Assembly (NCBI GenBank): GCA_016218495.1
Contig: JACRDU010000120.1
Span: 13,578-77,577, forward strand
DNA from: Elusimicrobiota bacterium
GTDB taxonomy: Bacteria; Elusimicrobiota; Elusimicrobia; UBA1565
Direction of reading: 5' to 3'
DNA length: 64,000 bases
Part shown: piece after piece, positions 48,396-58,245 of the stretch
Position numbering within the stretch: position 1 is the stretch's first letter
Layout of the letters: each line of letters starts with the position of its first letter
Position numbers and translations under genes: made by a program
Notes under the pieces: generated by a model
Database searches by the model: none
What the model was told of the DNA's origin: nothing
Seen by the model: the letters and a program-made list of their open reading frames with translations, nothing else

Positions 48396-48950
48396 CTATT
48401 CGGCCGGCGGGCGGAAGAAGGTGCGGCGGTACTCGACGAGCTCCTGGATCGACTCCCGGACGTCGTCGAGCGCCAGGTGGGACTTCTTCTTCGAGAAGTG
48501 CCTGAATTCGGCGGGATACCAGCGCTGCACGAGCTCCTTGACCGAGGAGACGTCGACGATGCGGTAATGCAGGAAGTCGTTGAGCAGCGGCATGTACTTG
48601 ACCAGGAAGCGGCGGTCCTGATGGATGGAGTTGCCGCACAGCGGGGCGGTCCGCTCCGGGGCGTACTGCCGCACGAAGGAGAGGGTCCCCTTCTCCGCCT
48701 CGGCGAGCGTGGTCACCGACTCGATGCAGCGCTTGGTCAGCCCCGACGAGCCGTGGTGCTCGACGCACCAGGGGTCCATCCGGTCGAGCTCGGACTTCGA
48801 GTGGTGGATGGCGTAGACCGGTCCCTCCGCCAGGACCTTGAGCTCGGCATCCGTGGCGATGGTGGCGATCTCCAAGATGGTATCGACCTCGGGGTCGAGG
48901 CCGGTCATCTCCAGGTCCATCCAGATCAGGTTCGTGCTGCGGGGCGCCAC
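48396..48950 (-). CDS. orn: oligoribonuclease
   Basis: DEDDh exonuclease motifs NLIWMDLEMTGLDPE and HYRIVDVSSVKEL. GTG start chosen because the upstream ATG overlaps a plus-strand gene start. Confidence 0.8.
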   Translation of the reverse strand: MAPRSTNLIWMDLEMTGLDPEVDTILEIATIATDAELKVLAEGPVYAIHHSKSELDRMDPWCVEHHGSSGLTKRCIESVTTLAEAEKGTLSFVRQYAPERTAPLCGNSIHQDRRFLVKYMPLLNDFLHYRIVDVSSVKELVQRWYPAEFRHFSKKKSHLALDDVRESIQELVEYRRTFFRPPAE

Positions 48951-48984
48951 GGCGCAATCATAACAGAAACCGTATAATCTCGCC

Positions 48985-49602
48985 ATGAGCGCACGGGCCT
49001 GGCTGGACCGGATGGAGCGTTCCTTCGGCTCCTTCGCCCCCCCCGACCCGGCCCTGTTCCTCGTCGGGATGAACGCGGCCGTCTGGGGCCTGTCCCTGGC
49101 CAAGCCGGGCTTCCCCCTGATGCTGACCTTGGAGCCCGAGCTCGTCGCTTCGGGCCAGTTCTGGCGCCTGGCCACCTTCCTGTTCGTCCCTCCGCCCATG
49201 TCCCCGCTTTGGATGGTCTTCTGGCTGCTCCTCTTCTATTCCTACGCCCAGGCCTTGGAGAACGAGTGGGGCGAATTCCGCTTCGGGGTCTACTACGGCC
49301 TGGGGGCCTGCGCTACGGTGGCGCTCTCATTGGCGTTGGGGACCGGCCTGTCCAACGTGCCGCTGAACCTCAGCCTCTTCCTGGCCTTCGCCGAGCTGTT
49401 CCCCGAGATCGAGTTCTACCTGTTCTTCTTAGTCCCGGTGAAGGTCCGCTGGCTGGCCTGGGCCGCGTGGGCCGGCGTGGCCGCCCAGTTCCTCTTCGGG
49501 GGAGGCGCCCACCGCCTGGCCCTGGCCGCCGGCCTGCTCAACTACGCCGTGTTCTTCGGCGGACAGCGCCTCGAGCAGCTCCGCCGCAGGCTGGGACGAT
49601 GA
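48985..49602 (+). CDS. hypothetical polytopic membrane protein (weak rhomboid/derlin-like WR motif, no GxSG)
   Basis: 205 aa, hydrophobic. A TATAAT box sits 7 nt upstream of the ATG, possibly giving a leaderless transcript. Confidence 0.45.
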   Translation: MSARAWLDRMERSFGSFAPPDPALFLVGMNAAVWGLSLAKPGFPLMLTLEPELVASGQFWRLATFLFVPPPMSPLWMVFWLLLFYSYAQALENEWGEFRFGVYYGLGACATVALSLALGTGLSNVPLNLSLFLAFAELFPEIEFYLFFLVPVKVRWLAWAAWAGVAAQFLFGGGAHRLALAAGLLNYAVFFGGQRLEQLRRRLGR

Positions 49603-50051
49603 GCGAAGAGCGCGAGGTCTGGTCCGGGCATCCGTCCTGGTGGAACTTCTGGCTCCCGATGGCGACGGGGGACCTCCTCATCGCCCTGGCGGGCCTGCTC
49701 TGGTGGACCGGCCGAGCCCGCTTCGCCCCTTGGGCCCTGGCCGCCGCCGCGCCGTTCTATCTGGGCGCGGTGCTGCGCCGGGCCGGCGTCTCCTACTCGG
49801 TGTCGACGCAGCGCGTGCGGGCGACGACGGGCCTCGTCTCCAAGCGCGTCGACGAGGTGGAGCTCCCCGACATACGCAACATCACCTTGACCCAGAGCGT
49901 CCCGGAACGCCTCGCCGGCATCGGGACGGTCACCGTCTCCACCGCCGCCGACGGGGTCGAGGTCGTCCTGCGCTCCATCCCCGGCGCCGAGGCCGTCAAG
50001 GAGACCATCCGCGGCCTGCGCCGCGACGCCGGGGGAGGGACCCATGAGTGA
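49599..50051 (+). CDS. bacterial PH-domain (bPH_2/YdbS-like) membrane protein
   Basis: ATGA overlap with the upstream gene. Two N-terminal TM helices plus a PH-like C-terminus. Confidence 0.5.
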   Translation: MSEEREVWSGHPSWWNFWLPMATGDLLIALAGLLWWTGRARFAPWALAAAAPFYLGAVLRRAGVSYSVSTQRVRATTGLVSKRVDEVELPDIRNITLTQSVPERLAGIGTVTVSTAADGVEVVLRSIPGAEAVKETIRGLRRDAGGGTHE

Positions 50052-50376
50052 GCGCCCCGTCTATTCGACCGACCCGGACTTCTGCGAAGCCTGCCGCCGC
50101 AGCCCCTGCACCTGCCAGGAGGCGGGGAAGCGCCGGCAGCCCGAGCCGGTCCGCCTGGAATTCCGCCGCGGGGCCAAAGGTGCGGGGGTGACGGCCCTCA
50201 CCCGCCTCAACATGCATCCCAGCCTCAAAGAGAAGATGCTCTCCGACTTCAAGAAGCGCTTCGGCTGCGGGGGCACCGTCAAAGACGGGGTGCTCGAGCT
50301 CCAGGGCGACCGCCGGGACCCGCTGGAGGCTTGGCTCAAGGCCGACGGCTACAAGGTCAAACGGGTCGGGGGCTGA
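50044..50376 (+). CDS. yciH: SUI1/eIF1-family translation initiation factor homologue
   Basis: 110 aa. C-terminal SUI1 domain (GCGGTVKDGVLELQGD). Confidence 0.75.
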   Translation: MSERPVYSTDPDFCEACRRSPCTCQEAGKRRQPEPVRLEFRRGAKGAGVTALTRLNMHPSLKEKMLSDFKKRFGCGGTVKDGVLELQGDRRDPLEAWLKADGYKVKRVGG

Positions 50377-51646
50377 CCCAGGCGCCGTCCACGAGGCGGC
50401 GCAGGCCGTAGCCCGCCATGAGCACGAGGCAGGTGCCGGTCAGCTCGGCCCGTCCGACCTGGGTCATCAGCCAGAGCGAGACGACGATGCCGGTCGGGGC
50501 CGCCACCCAGGCCCAGGGCATCCGGTAGGGACGTTCCGCCTCCGGACGCCTGCGCCGCAGGACCAAAGCGGCCGCGCAGGTGGCCAGGTATTGGCTGACC
50601 ACGGATAGGTTGGACAGGTCTACGAGGCTCATGGAGGGGAGCAGCAGCACCAACACGACCGCTCCCCCCGTCGTGGCGAGGATGGCCCGCCCCGGGACGC
50701 CGGTGCCTTCGTCGAAGCGGTCCAGCTTCCAGCGCCGCAGATGCCTCTCTCCCAACGCCGACAGGTAGCGCGGCTCTCCCAGGGCGGCCCCAGCGAGGAA
50801 GCCGAGCATGGAAAGCGTCCCTCCCGCCGCCAACAGCCGCCCGCCCCACGGCCCCAGGGCCGCCTGGGCCGCGTCCACGAGCGGGCGTTCCGAACTGCCG
50901 GCCAGGGCGGGATGGACTCCCAGCGCGGCGGCCTGGATGAGGGCATAGAGCAGGGCGGCGAAGCCCAGGGAGCCCAGCACCCCTCTGGGCACGTCCCGCT
51001 GCGGGTCCGAGGCCTCCCCGGCCGGCACCGGGACCACCTCGAAGCCCTGCAGGGCCCAGAGCGCCAGGAAGACCGCGTAGCCGAAGCGCCCCTCCCCGCC
51101 GAAGAACGGCGTGAAGCGCGCCGCCTCGGCCCGCGGCAGGCAGAGCAGCACGAAGACTCCCAGCGGGAGGAGCTTCGCCACCGTGACGGCGTCGACGGTC
51201 CAGGCGGCGGGCCGGATGCCGCGGTAGTTCACCGCCCCCAGGACGGCGAGGACCAGCGCCGAGGCCGTCCGCCCGGCCCAACGGCCTTCGAAGACCGGGT
51301 GGAAGTAGGCCAGATGCCCCGCCAGCAGCGACGCCACGGCGGCCCAGCTCAGCAGGGCCGCCGTCCAGGCCAGGACCCCCACCCCGAAGCCGACCTCGTC
51401 GCCGAAGGCCTCGCGCGCGTACAGGTACGAGCCGCCGCTCCCTTTGAACATACCGCCCAGCTCCGCGTAGCACAGGGCGACGCCCGCCAGCAGGACGGCG
51501 CAGGTCAGGAAGGCCAGCACGGAGGCGGGGCCGACCAGGGCGGCCAGGGTGCCGGGGAAGAGGAAGATGCCGCTGCCCACGATGGCGTTGAGGCCCAGCG
51601 CGAGCACATCGAAGGAACCCAGGCGTCCCGGCGGCTTGACGGCCAT
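50357..51646 (-). CDS. APC-family amino acid/polyamine permease
   Basis: 429 aa, 12 TM. GSGIF signature near the N-terminus. The other long ORF here is antisense Arg-rich junk. Confidence 0.75.
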   Translation of the reverse strand: MAVKPPGRLGSFDVLALGLNAIVGSGIFLFPGTLAALVGPASVLAFLTCAVLLAGVALCYAELGGMFKGSGGSYLYAREAFGDEVGFGVGVLAWTAALLSWAAVASLLAGHLAYFHPVFEGRWAGRTASALVLAVLGAVNYRGIRPAAWTVDAVTVAKLLPLGVFVLLCLPRAEAARFTPFFGGEGRFGYAVFLALWALQGFEVVPVPAGEASDPQRDVPRGVLGSLGFAALLYALIQAAALGVHPALAGSSERPLVDAAQAALGPWGGRLLAAGGTLSMLGFLAGAALGEPRYLSALGERHLRRWKLDRFDEGTGVPGRAILATTGGAVVLVLLLPSMSLVDLSNLSVVSQYLATCAAALVLRRRRPEAERPYRMPWAWVAAPTGIVVSLWLMTQVGRAELTGTCLVLMAGYGLRRLVDGAWVSPRPV

Positions 51647-51670
51647 GGACAGATTCTATAAACAATCGGG

Positions 51671-53140
51671 ATGCGACCCCGTTTCGCGCCGGTCACCGCC
51701 GCGGCGGCCCTGGCCTTGTCCGCCTGCGCGGCGCCGGAGGTCCGCATCGCCTATCCCCAGCCTCAGACCCCGTCGCAGGAAGCCATGGTGAAGGCGCTCA
51801 GCCAGGTCTTCCTCGACTTCCCCCAGCCGGCCGAGGGGCTCAAGGAATTCGCCGCAGGCTTCGATGCGGCGCTGGCCGCCCGGGGCGGCTCCGTCCTGGC
51901 CTACCGGGCCGCGCCCGCCGTGCCGGACGGCGTCCGGGAGTCCCTCTCGCCCAGCGCCGTCGTCACCATCACCTTCGAACCGCTCTCCGTAGTCCGCGCC
52001 GACACCGTGAGGGAGGTGAAGGGCAAGGACGCCCAAGGCAAGGAGACCGTCACCAAGGTCCCCTATGTGAAAAGGACGGCGCGCCTTCCGGTGCAGCTGT
52101 CCCTGACCTCCGCCGACCCGGCCGTCCCCCGCTGCGAGCGCGCGGTCAGCGCCGAATTCTCCGAGGAGCGGACCCGGGAGGACGCCGCCCGGACCGACGA
52201 CGCGGCCTGGCTGCGCAAGGCGAGCGCCAAGCTGATGCGCGCGGCGGGCCGCAAGGCCGGCGCCGCCCTGCCGGCGCCGCGCCTGGTCGAGCACCGCCGC
52301 CCGGTCTTCATCGATTCGCAGGACAAGGCGTCCAAGGAAGCCGCCGAGCACGCCTTCAAAGGCGCTTGGGAAGCGGCCTCCGCCCTGTGGGCCGCCCGGG
52401 TCGACGACGGGCGCGGCGGCTGGCGCGACCTGTGGGACCTGGCGCTGGCGGCGGAATCGCGCCGAGTGTATCCGGAAGCGGAGAGGCTCTACCGCCTGGC
52501 CCAGGAACGCGCCGGCGGCGACCCGGAAGCCGCCCCGCTGCGCTTCGACGAGGTCCTCTCCGACCTCTCCTCCGGAGCGCGGCTGCTGGCCCGTTCCGAG
52601 GCGGCGGCGGCCTATTTCGGGCGTCCCACCGCCGTGCTGCCGTTCTCCGACGACACGACCTCCGTGGACGGCCCGGCGAACCTCCGGCGGCTGGTCGCCG
52701 AGGCCCTGACGGACGGCGGCTGGTCCGTCATCCCCTCAGACGAGGTCGACGCCGCCCTGCGGCGCAACGGCTTCTCTCAGGGCGGCCAGCTCAAGAAGAC
52801 GACCCCCGCGAAGCTGGCCTCCTGGACGGACGCCGACAGGCTGGTCTTCGGCCACATCGACGAGTTCCGCAACATCATGCTCGGCAGCATCGGGCGCCGG
52901 CTCGTCGCCGGGACCCTCCGGGTCTGGGACGCCGCGTCCCGCGCCGACGCCCACCTCAGCGAGAAGAAGGCCGAGACCACGGAGGTCGCCGGACCCAACG
53001 ACGCCGGGGCGCGCTTCTCGGCCCAGCTGGGAAAGGCCCTCGTCGAGAACCTGCGCGGAAAGCCTCTGGCCGAGGAATCCGCCTCCTGGGTCGAGCGGGT
53101 CCTGCAGGGCCTGCCGCTGCGCCCGCCGCCGCGCCGGTGA
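51671..53140 (+). CDS. hypothetical lipoprotein
   Basis: Signal peptide with lipobox ALALSAC. 489 aa with no recognisable catalytic motif. Confidence 0.5.
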   Translation: MRPRFAPVTAAAALALSACAAPEVRIAYPQPQTPSQEAMVKALSQVFLDFPQPAEGLKEFAAGFDAALAARGGSVLAYRAAPAVPDGVRESLSPSAVVTITFEPLSVVRADTVREVKGKDAQGKETVTKVPYVKRTARLPVQLSLTSADPAVPRCERAVSAEFSEERTREDAARTDDAAWLRKASAKLMRAAGRKAGAALPAPRLVEHRRPVFIDSQDKASKEAAEHAFKGAWEAASALWAARVDDGRGGWRDLWDLALAAESRRVYPEAERLYRLAQERAGGDPEAAPLRFDEVLSDLSSGARLLARSEAAAAYFGRPTAVLPFSDDTTSVDGPANLRRLVAEALTDGGWSVIPSDEVDAALRRNGFSQGGQLKKTTPAKLASWTDADRLVFGHIDEFRNIMLGSIGRRLVAGTLRVWDAASRADAHLSEKKAETTEVAGPNDAGARFSAQLGKALVENLRGKPLAEESASWVERVLQGLPLRPPPRR

Positions 53141-53164
53141 GCGAGCACCGCGCGGGGTGCCGGG

Positions 53165-53524
53165 TCAGCCGTAGGCCTTGAGGGCCCGGTCCAGGTCCTC
53201 GCGGGCGAGGCCCTTCTTGCGCAGGAAGTCCCGCGCCCCGGCGGTGAGCGCCGCGTCCCTGATGACCTCGTCCTGCTCCCCGGAGACGACGACGACGGGC
53301 AGGGATGGGAACTCCTTTGTGAAAGCGCCCAGCGTATCGAGCCCGAGGCTGTCGTCAAGGGTCAGGTCCAGCAGCACGGCGTCGAACGCGCCGGTGCGGG
53401 CCAGCTCCAGGGCGGAACGCAGGGACGAGGCCCTGGAGGAGGCCGGGCGGGCGGGCAAGCCTGCGAGCATCGCCTCGATGAGGCGCGCGTCCACGTCGGA
53501 ATCTTCGACCAGGAGAATCTTCAA
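53165..53524 (-). CDS. single-domain response regulator (CheY-like receiver)
   Basis: TTG start overlapping the MIPS stop (TTGA). MKILLVEDSDVD...AVLLDLTLDD...PVVVVSG...K motifs. Confidence 0.75.
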   Translation of the reverse strand: MKILLVEDSDVDARLIEAMLAGLPARPASSRASSLRSALELARTGAFDAVLLDLTLDDSLGLDTLGAFTKEFPSLPVVVVSGEQDEVIRDAALTAGARDFLRKKGLAREDLDRALKAYG

Positions 53525-54906
53525 GCGGCGCGCGACTTCTTGCGCTCCCTCACGTACGGTTTGGGGGCCGGCGCCGGCGCCGGGGAGCCGTATTCGGGCT
53601 CGTAGTAGTCGAGGCCCGAATGGTCGATGACCTCTTCGCCCATCATCAGGCGCAGGGTGTTCGTCATCTTCATGTGCTGCACGAACAGGTCGTGCTCGGG
53701 AGCCAGGTCGGGGCGGGCCTGCGGGCTCTTGAAATAGAACGACAGCCACTCCTGGATGCCCTTGAACCCCGCGCGCTTGGCCAGGTCGAGGAAGAGCACC
53801 AGGTCCAGCACGATGGGCGCCGCCAGGATGGAGTCCCGGCACAGGAAGTTGATCTTGATCTGCATCGGCATCGAGCACCAGCCGGAGATGTCGATGTTGT
53901 CCCAGCCTTCCTTCGCGTCGCCGCGCGGCGGGTAGTAGTCGATGCGCACCTTGTGGAAGTAGTCGCCGTAGAGCTCGGGGTAGCGCTTGGCGTCGAGGCA
54001 GGCGTCCAGCACGGACATCTTCGACTTCTCCTTGGTCTTGAAGGAGCCCGGGTCGTCGAGGACCTCGCCGTCGCGGTTGCCGAGGATGTTCGTCGAGTAC
54101 CAGCCGTTGAGCGCCAGCATCCGGGCCTTCAGGGCCGGGGCCAGGACCGTCTTCATCATGGTCTGGCCGGTCTTGAAGTCCTTGCCTCCGATGGGGACGC
54201 CGTTCCTCTCGGCCAGCTCGACCAGGGCGGGGATGTCCGCCGAGAGGTTCGGGGCGCCGTTGGCGTAGGGGACCCCGGAGCGGATGGCGGCATAGGCGTA
54301 GATCATCGAGGGCGGGATCTCGGGGGAGTTGGACTTGAGGCCCTTCTCGAAGGCCTCGACGCTCTCGTGGACCGCCGAGGGCTCCATCGACACCTCGGTC
54401 GAGCCGCACCAGACCATCACCAGGCGCTCGGCGCCGGAGGTCTTCTTGAAGAGGGCGATGTCCTTGATCACCTGTTCGGCCAGCTCGAACTTCGTCGCGG
54501 CCTTCTTCTGCTGCCGGGCCTTGAGGTTGCGGACATAGTCCTGGTCGAAGACGGCCGGCATGGGGACGATGGCCTCGAGCTCCTTGCGCACGGGGGCGAG
54601 CTGGGCCTCGGAGAGGACGCCCGCCTTCATCGCGGCCTCCCACATAGAGTCCTCGAAGATGTCCCAGCCGCCGAAGACCAGGTCCTCGAGGCCCGCCAGC
54701 GGGACGAACTCCTTTATGAGCGGAGCCCGGTCCTCGTAGCGCTTCCCGAGCCGGATGGTCTGCAGCTGGGTCAGCGAGCCGATGGGCTTGGCCAGCCCCT
54801 TCTTCGCCAGCTCGACTCCGGCGATCAAGGTGCTGGTGACCGCTCCCATGCCGGGGAGCAGCACGCCAAGACGGCCTTTCGCGGCGGGAACCTTTCGGGG
54901 GGACAT
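53521..54906 (-). CDS. ino1: myo-inositol-1-phosphate synthase (inositol-3-phosphate synthase)
   Basis: 461 aa. N-terminal NAD-binding region. Motifs GWDI and WYSTNILGNRDG match the SYNHLGNNDG region of MIPS, and KDFKTGQT is present. Confidence 0.75.
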   Translation of the reverse strand: MSPRKVPAAKGRLGVLLPGMGAVTSTLIAGVELAKKGLAKPIGSLTQLQTIRLGKRYEDRAPLIKEFVPLAGLEDLVFGGWDIFEDSMWEAAMKAGVLSEAQLAPVRKELEAIVPMPAVFDQDYVRNLKARQQKKAATKFELAEQVIKDIALFKKTSGAERLVMVWCGSTEVSMEPSAVHESVEAFEKGLKSNSPEIPPSMIYAYAAIRSGVPYANGAPNLSADIPALVELAERNGVPIGGKDFKTGQTMMKTVLAPALKARMLALNGWYSTNILGNRDGEVLDDPGSFKTKEKSKMSVLDACLDAKRYPELYGDYFHKVRIDYYPPRGDAKEGWDNIDISGWCSMPMQIKINFLCRDSILAAPIVLDLVLFLDLAKRAGFKGIQEWLSFYFKSPQARPDLAPEHDLFVQHMKMTNTLRLMMGEEVIDHSGLDYYEPEYGSPAPAPAPKPYVRERKKSRAA

Positions 54907-54950
54907 GTGAGGGCCTCTCTAGACGGGAAATCGTACCAATTATAGCTAAG

Positions 54951-56003
54951 ATGGAGCCGATGGGTCTGCATCTCACCCGACTCTATGCCGCCCCGGCCTT
55001 CCGCTGGGCCGGTACCGTTGCGCTCCTGGCGTTTGTGGCTTTCCTCGACTGGGCGACCGGCGTGGAGATAGCATTCTCCCTGTTTTACCTCGCCCCCGTC
55101 ATCTTCGCCTCCTGGACCGGGGGACGCGGCGAAGGCTTCGTTTGCGCGCTGGCCGCTACGCTGACCTGGCACCTGCTCGACGCCGTTTTCCCCCCGCAGC
55201 GTTACTCCCATCCCCTGATCCCGGTTTGGAATGCAGGCATTCGCGGGGTCTATTTTCTCAGCGCGGCCTTCGTCACCGCCAAGGTAAAGGCCTCTCTCGA
55301 GCGGGAGAGGGCCGCCTCCCGCCTCAAGTCCGACATGCTGGCCTTCGCCAGCCATGAGCTCAATAACTCGATCACAAGCCTCGGCATGGGGGTCTTCCTC
55401 ATGAACGAGAACCTCTCCGACCCCGCCTACCTCGCCGGCGTCCTGCCCGCCTTGACCCGGACGGTCGAGCAGATGAAGCTGGCCACTTCGAATTTCCTCG
55501 AGTCGGCTCGCCTCGAATCCGGCAGGTTCCAATTGGATCGCAGACCCTGCGAGCTCAGAGGCCTGGTCGCCGCCAGCCTCGAGCTCATGCGGCCCTTCGC
55601 CGATAAGAAGGGGGTGACGCTCCGTTCCGAATTTCCCGCCGCCATCGTGCCGCTCAACGCCGACCCGGACGCCCTCTCGGTCATCATGGCCAACCTCATT
55701 GGGAACGCCGTCAAATATACCCCTTCAGGCGGTTCGGCCGAGGTCGTACTGGTCCCCGATTCGCCCGGCCCGGATCAGATCACCGTACGCGTGAGGGACA
55801 CGGGCATCGGGATGAGCGCGCAGGAGATTGTGAAGGTCTTTTCGGGCTTCCACCGGACCGAGGCCGGAAAACGAACCGCAAAAGGCTACGGCATCGGGCT
55901 CTCCGTCGTACAGCGTCTCCTCACAGAACACGGGGCGGAACTGAAAGCGGACGGCATCCCGGGCCGCGGGACGACCTTCTCCTTCATCCTCCCCCGGGCC
56001 TAG
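54951..56003 (+). CDS. membrane sensor histidine kinase
   Basis: N-terminal TM sensor. HisKA (FASHELNNSITSL). HATPase_c (NLIGNAVKYT, DTGIGM, GYGIGL). Confidence 0.8.
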   Translation: MEPMGLHLTRLYAAPAFRWAGTVALLAFVAFLDWATGVEIAFSLFYLAPVIFASWTGGRGEGFVCALAATLTWHLLDAVFPPQRYSHPLIPVWNAGIRGVYFLSAAFVTAKVKASLERERAASRLKSDMLAFASHELNNSITSLGMGVFLMNENLSDPAYLAGVLPALTRTVEQMKLATSNFLESARLESGRFQLDRRPCELRGLVAASLELMRPFADKKGVTLRSEFPAAIVPLNADPDALSVIMANLIGNAVKYTPSGGSAEVVLVPDSPGPDQITVRVRDTGIGMSAQEIVKVFSGFHRTEAGKRTAKGYGIGLSVVQRLLTEHGAELKADGIPGRGTTFSFILPRA

Positions 56004-57418
56004 TCCTCGGGGCTGATGCCGCCCACCGCCAGCCCCAGGCGGTAGGCGACCAGGAAGTCCAGCGGGGAGAAGCGCTGCGGCGGCTCCTGAGCATACCCCA
56101 CCCAGTCGTCCAGCGAATACGCCGAACGCTGCCAGACGAAGTCCGCGGGCGGCCTCTCCCACAGCGGCAGCGGCTGGCGCAGCGCCAGGCGGCCGAAGAA
56201 CGGCCAGCGGGAGAACGGCAGGTCTGCGCGCGAGGAATTGACGACCTCGCGCTTCACCTTGCACGCGGGGTACTGCCATTCCAGCATCGCCACCTTGGCG
56301 CGGGCCAAGTGGAGCCGCCGCCGCGCCATCCACAGCGCCACCTCGCGGTCGCGCTCGGCCTCCCCGAAGCCGGCCCGCTCCAGGCTCCACAGCGACAGGT
56401 AGGTCCAGAAGGAATTGCCGGTCCGCTCCACCAGACGATGCAGCCGCACCAGCCCCCGCGCGTACACCGTCTGACGGGCGGGGTCGTCCTCGCTGAGGAG
56501 GGCGGAGGACAGGGAGAGGAAGGCGATGTTGTGGTTGGTGGTCTTGTTCTTCCATAGGAGCGGGCCCGAGGCGTACGCCCCCCAGCGGTCCTGTCCCTCC
56601 GCGACGAATCGCGCGTGCGCCGCGCCCCACGGGCCCGCCGGGTCGGCTCGCGCCGCCGCCTTCAAGACCGCCAAGGTCGAGAGGACGCCCGGCGGGGAGT
56701 TCACCCAGCCCCCCCCGACGCGGTTGAAGCGCGTGAGCGTGCCGTCCCCGTTGCGAAGGCGGTAGCCGTTCCCCTTGAGCGCCGCGGCGAAGCCCAGGAT
56801 GAGGGAGTCGGCCTCCGGGCGCAGCTCCGGGACCAGCTCCCGGACCATGAGGACGCCGAAGACCCAGCCGGCCATGGAATCGACGCTGGCGTCCTCCTTC
56901 CACTTCCAGCGCCCGTCCGCGAAGGACCAGCCCCCACCCGGCTCGGTGGCGAGGGAGGCCGGGTAGACCGACCGGGCGATGGGCCGGCCTTTGGAGGAGA
57001 GATGCCTCAATCCCTCCAACGCGCGCGCCGCGCGCCCCTTGTCCGCCGGCAGGCCCCCGCCGGCCGCGCGCAGCGCCGCCTCCGCCGCGAAGACTCCTTG
57101 CCAGAGGCAGACGTCCCCCACCTGGACCGGCGGCGTGTCTATCAGGAAGAGACGCCCGCCCAAGGCGGTGAAGTCCGCATCCAGGTCCCGCTCCATGTCG
57201 CGGGCTTGTTCGGTCAGCGGACGCTCGTCGGCCCTGCGCGTGGAGCGGGAGAACTCCAGGCTGGGGTCGAGGGAGATGTGGAACGCGTCCCAGAACCGCA
57301 GGGCCCCCAGCGCGGCCTCGCTGACGAGGCCGCGCGGGCCCAGCCGCGAGCCCAGCGCCCAGAGGCAGGCCATGACGAGCGCCCAGACGGCGAACCGGAT
57401 GCGCAACCGCATGGCCAT
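56000..57418 (-). CDS. hypothetical secreted protein (possible alpha-helical polysaccharide lyase/hydrolase-like fold)
   Basis: Start chosen at MAMRLRIRFAVWALVMACLWALG, a signal peptide. The upstream part of the listed 638-aa ORF is Arg-rich and overlaps a plus-strand gene. Confidence 0.45.
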   Translation of the reverse strand: MAMRLRIRFAVWALVMACLWALGSRLGPRGLVSEAALGALRFWDAFHISLDPSLEFSRSTRRADERPLTEQARDMERDLDADFTALGGRLFLIDTPPVQVGDVCLWQGVFAAEAALRAAGGGLPADKGRAARALEGLRHLSSKGRPIARSVYPASLATEPGGGWSFADGRWKWKEDASVDSMAGWVFGVLMVRELVPELRPEADSLILGFAAALKGNGYRLRNGDGTLTRFNRVGGGWVNSPPGVLSTLAVLKAAARADPAGPWGAAHARFVAEGQDRWGAYASGPLLWKNKTTNHNIAFLSLSSALLSEDDPARQTVYARGLVRLHRLVERTGNSFWTYLSLWSLERAGFGEAERDREVALWMARRRLHLARAKVAMLEWQYPACKVKREVVNSSRADLPFSRWPFFGRLALRQPLPLWERPPADFVWQRSAYSLDDWVGYAQEPPQRFSPLDFLVAYRLGLAVGGISPED

Positions 57419-57497
57419 AGGATGCGCCGGGGCCCCCCTCCCGTCAAGAAGCGCCCACCCGCCTTGACGGCCGAGAACCTCCCGCGCATTATTAGGT

Positions 57498-58244
57498 ATG
57501 AGGCGGGGAACCGGGAACCGGTCTCTGAACAACCTCCTGCACCGCGCCCGGGGCGGCGCCGACGCGGGCCTGCGCACCCGCCTCTTCACCACCCTCCTCT
57601 CCTCCACCCTGGTCATCGAGACGGCCCCCGCGCCCGACTCGCCGGACGGCTGGGGCCTGGTGGTGATGCGCTCCTCGGACGGCAGGCGCGGCCTCTCCGC
57701 CTTCACCAGCCAGCGCCTGCTGCGCTCCTTCCGGCCCGGCTGCGAGGGGGTGGCCTGCGTCCCGGCCCGGGAGTTCTTCCGGATGGCCCTGGAGTCCTCC
57801 GTCGACGCCGTCCTGCTCGACATGCCTCTGCCGGGCTGGGAGATCTCCCAGGGAGAGATCGCCGAGCTGGCCGAGGGGCGGATCCCCACGGCCCCCCCCG
57901 TCATCCGCGAACGCATGGTGCGCGTCCATGTCTCCGCCCCGGCGGTGCGGCCCAGCCCGGACGAGCTGGCGCTGTTGCGCGCCCAGCTCGAGCCCCATCC
58001 GGAGATCCTGGCGGCCTATGTCGTCTCGCTGACGCTGGCCGGGGCTCCCGCCAAGCTCTGCGTCTCCATCCTCCTGCGCGACGGAGCCGGCTCCTACGAC
58101 GACGTCTGCGCCGCCCTCGACTCCCGGGACCTGCAGATGCCGGATTCCATCGGCGGACAGGAATACCTCACCGGCCCGCTCAACTCCGGCCTGCTCGTCT
58201 GCGCACGGCGCGACGGCGTACGCATCTTCGACCGGGCCGACTAG
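57498..58244 (+). CDS. SseB-family protein (hypothetical)
   Basis: 248 aa. Pattern GWGLVVMRSSDGRRGLSAFTS is typical of the SseB N-domain. Confidence 0.45.
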   Translation: MRRGTGNRSLNNLLHRARGGADAGLRTRLFTTLLSSTLVIETAPAPDSPDGWGLVVMRSSDGRRGLSAFTSQRLLRSFRPGCEGVACVPAREFFRMALESSVDAVLLDMPLPGWEISQGEIAELAEGRIPTAPPVIRERMVRVHVSAPAVRPSPDELALLRAQLEPHPEILAAYVVSLTLAGAPAKLCVSILLRDGAGSYDDVCAALDSRDLQMPDSIGGQEYLTGPLNSGLLVCARRDGVRIFDRAD

Positions 58245-58245
58245 G

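Noticed and set aside
48984-48987. orn starting at the ATG at 48984-48986
   Set aside because: It would overlap head-to-head with the plus-strand ATG at 48985. The in-frame GTG at 48948-48950 gives an Orn N-terminus of typical length.
48985-49602. Rhomboid protease call for the 205-aa membrane protein
   Set aside because: A WR-like motif is present, but no GxSG catalytic serine motif and no clear His pair. It is left as hypothetical.
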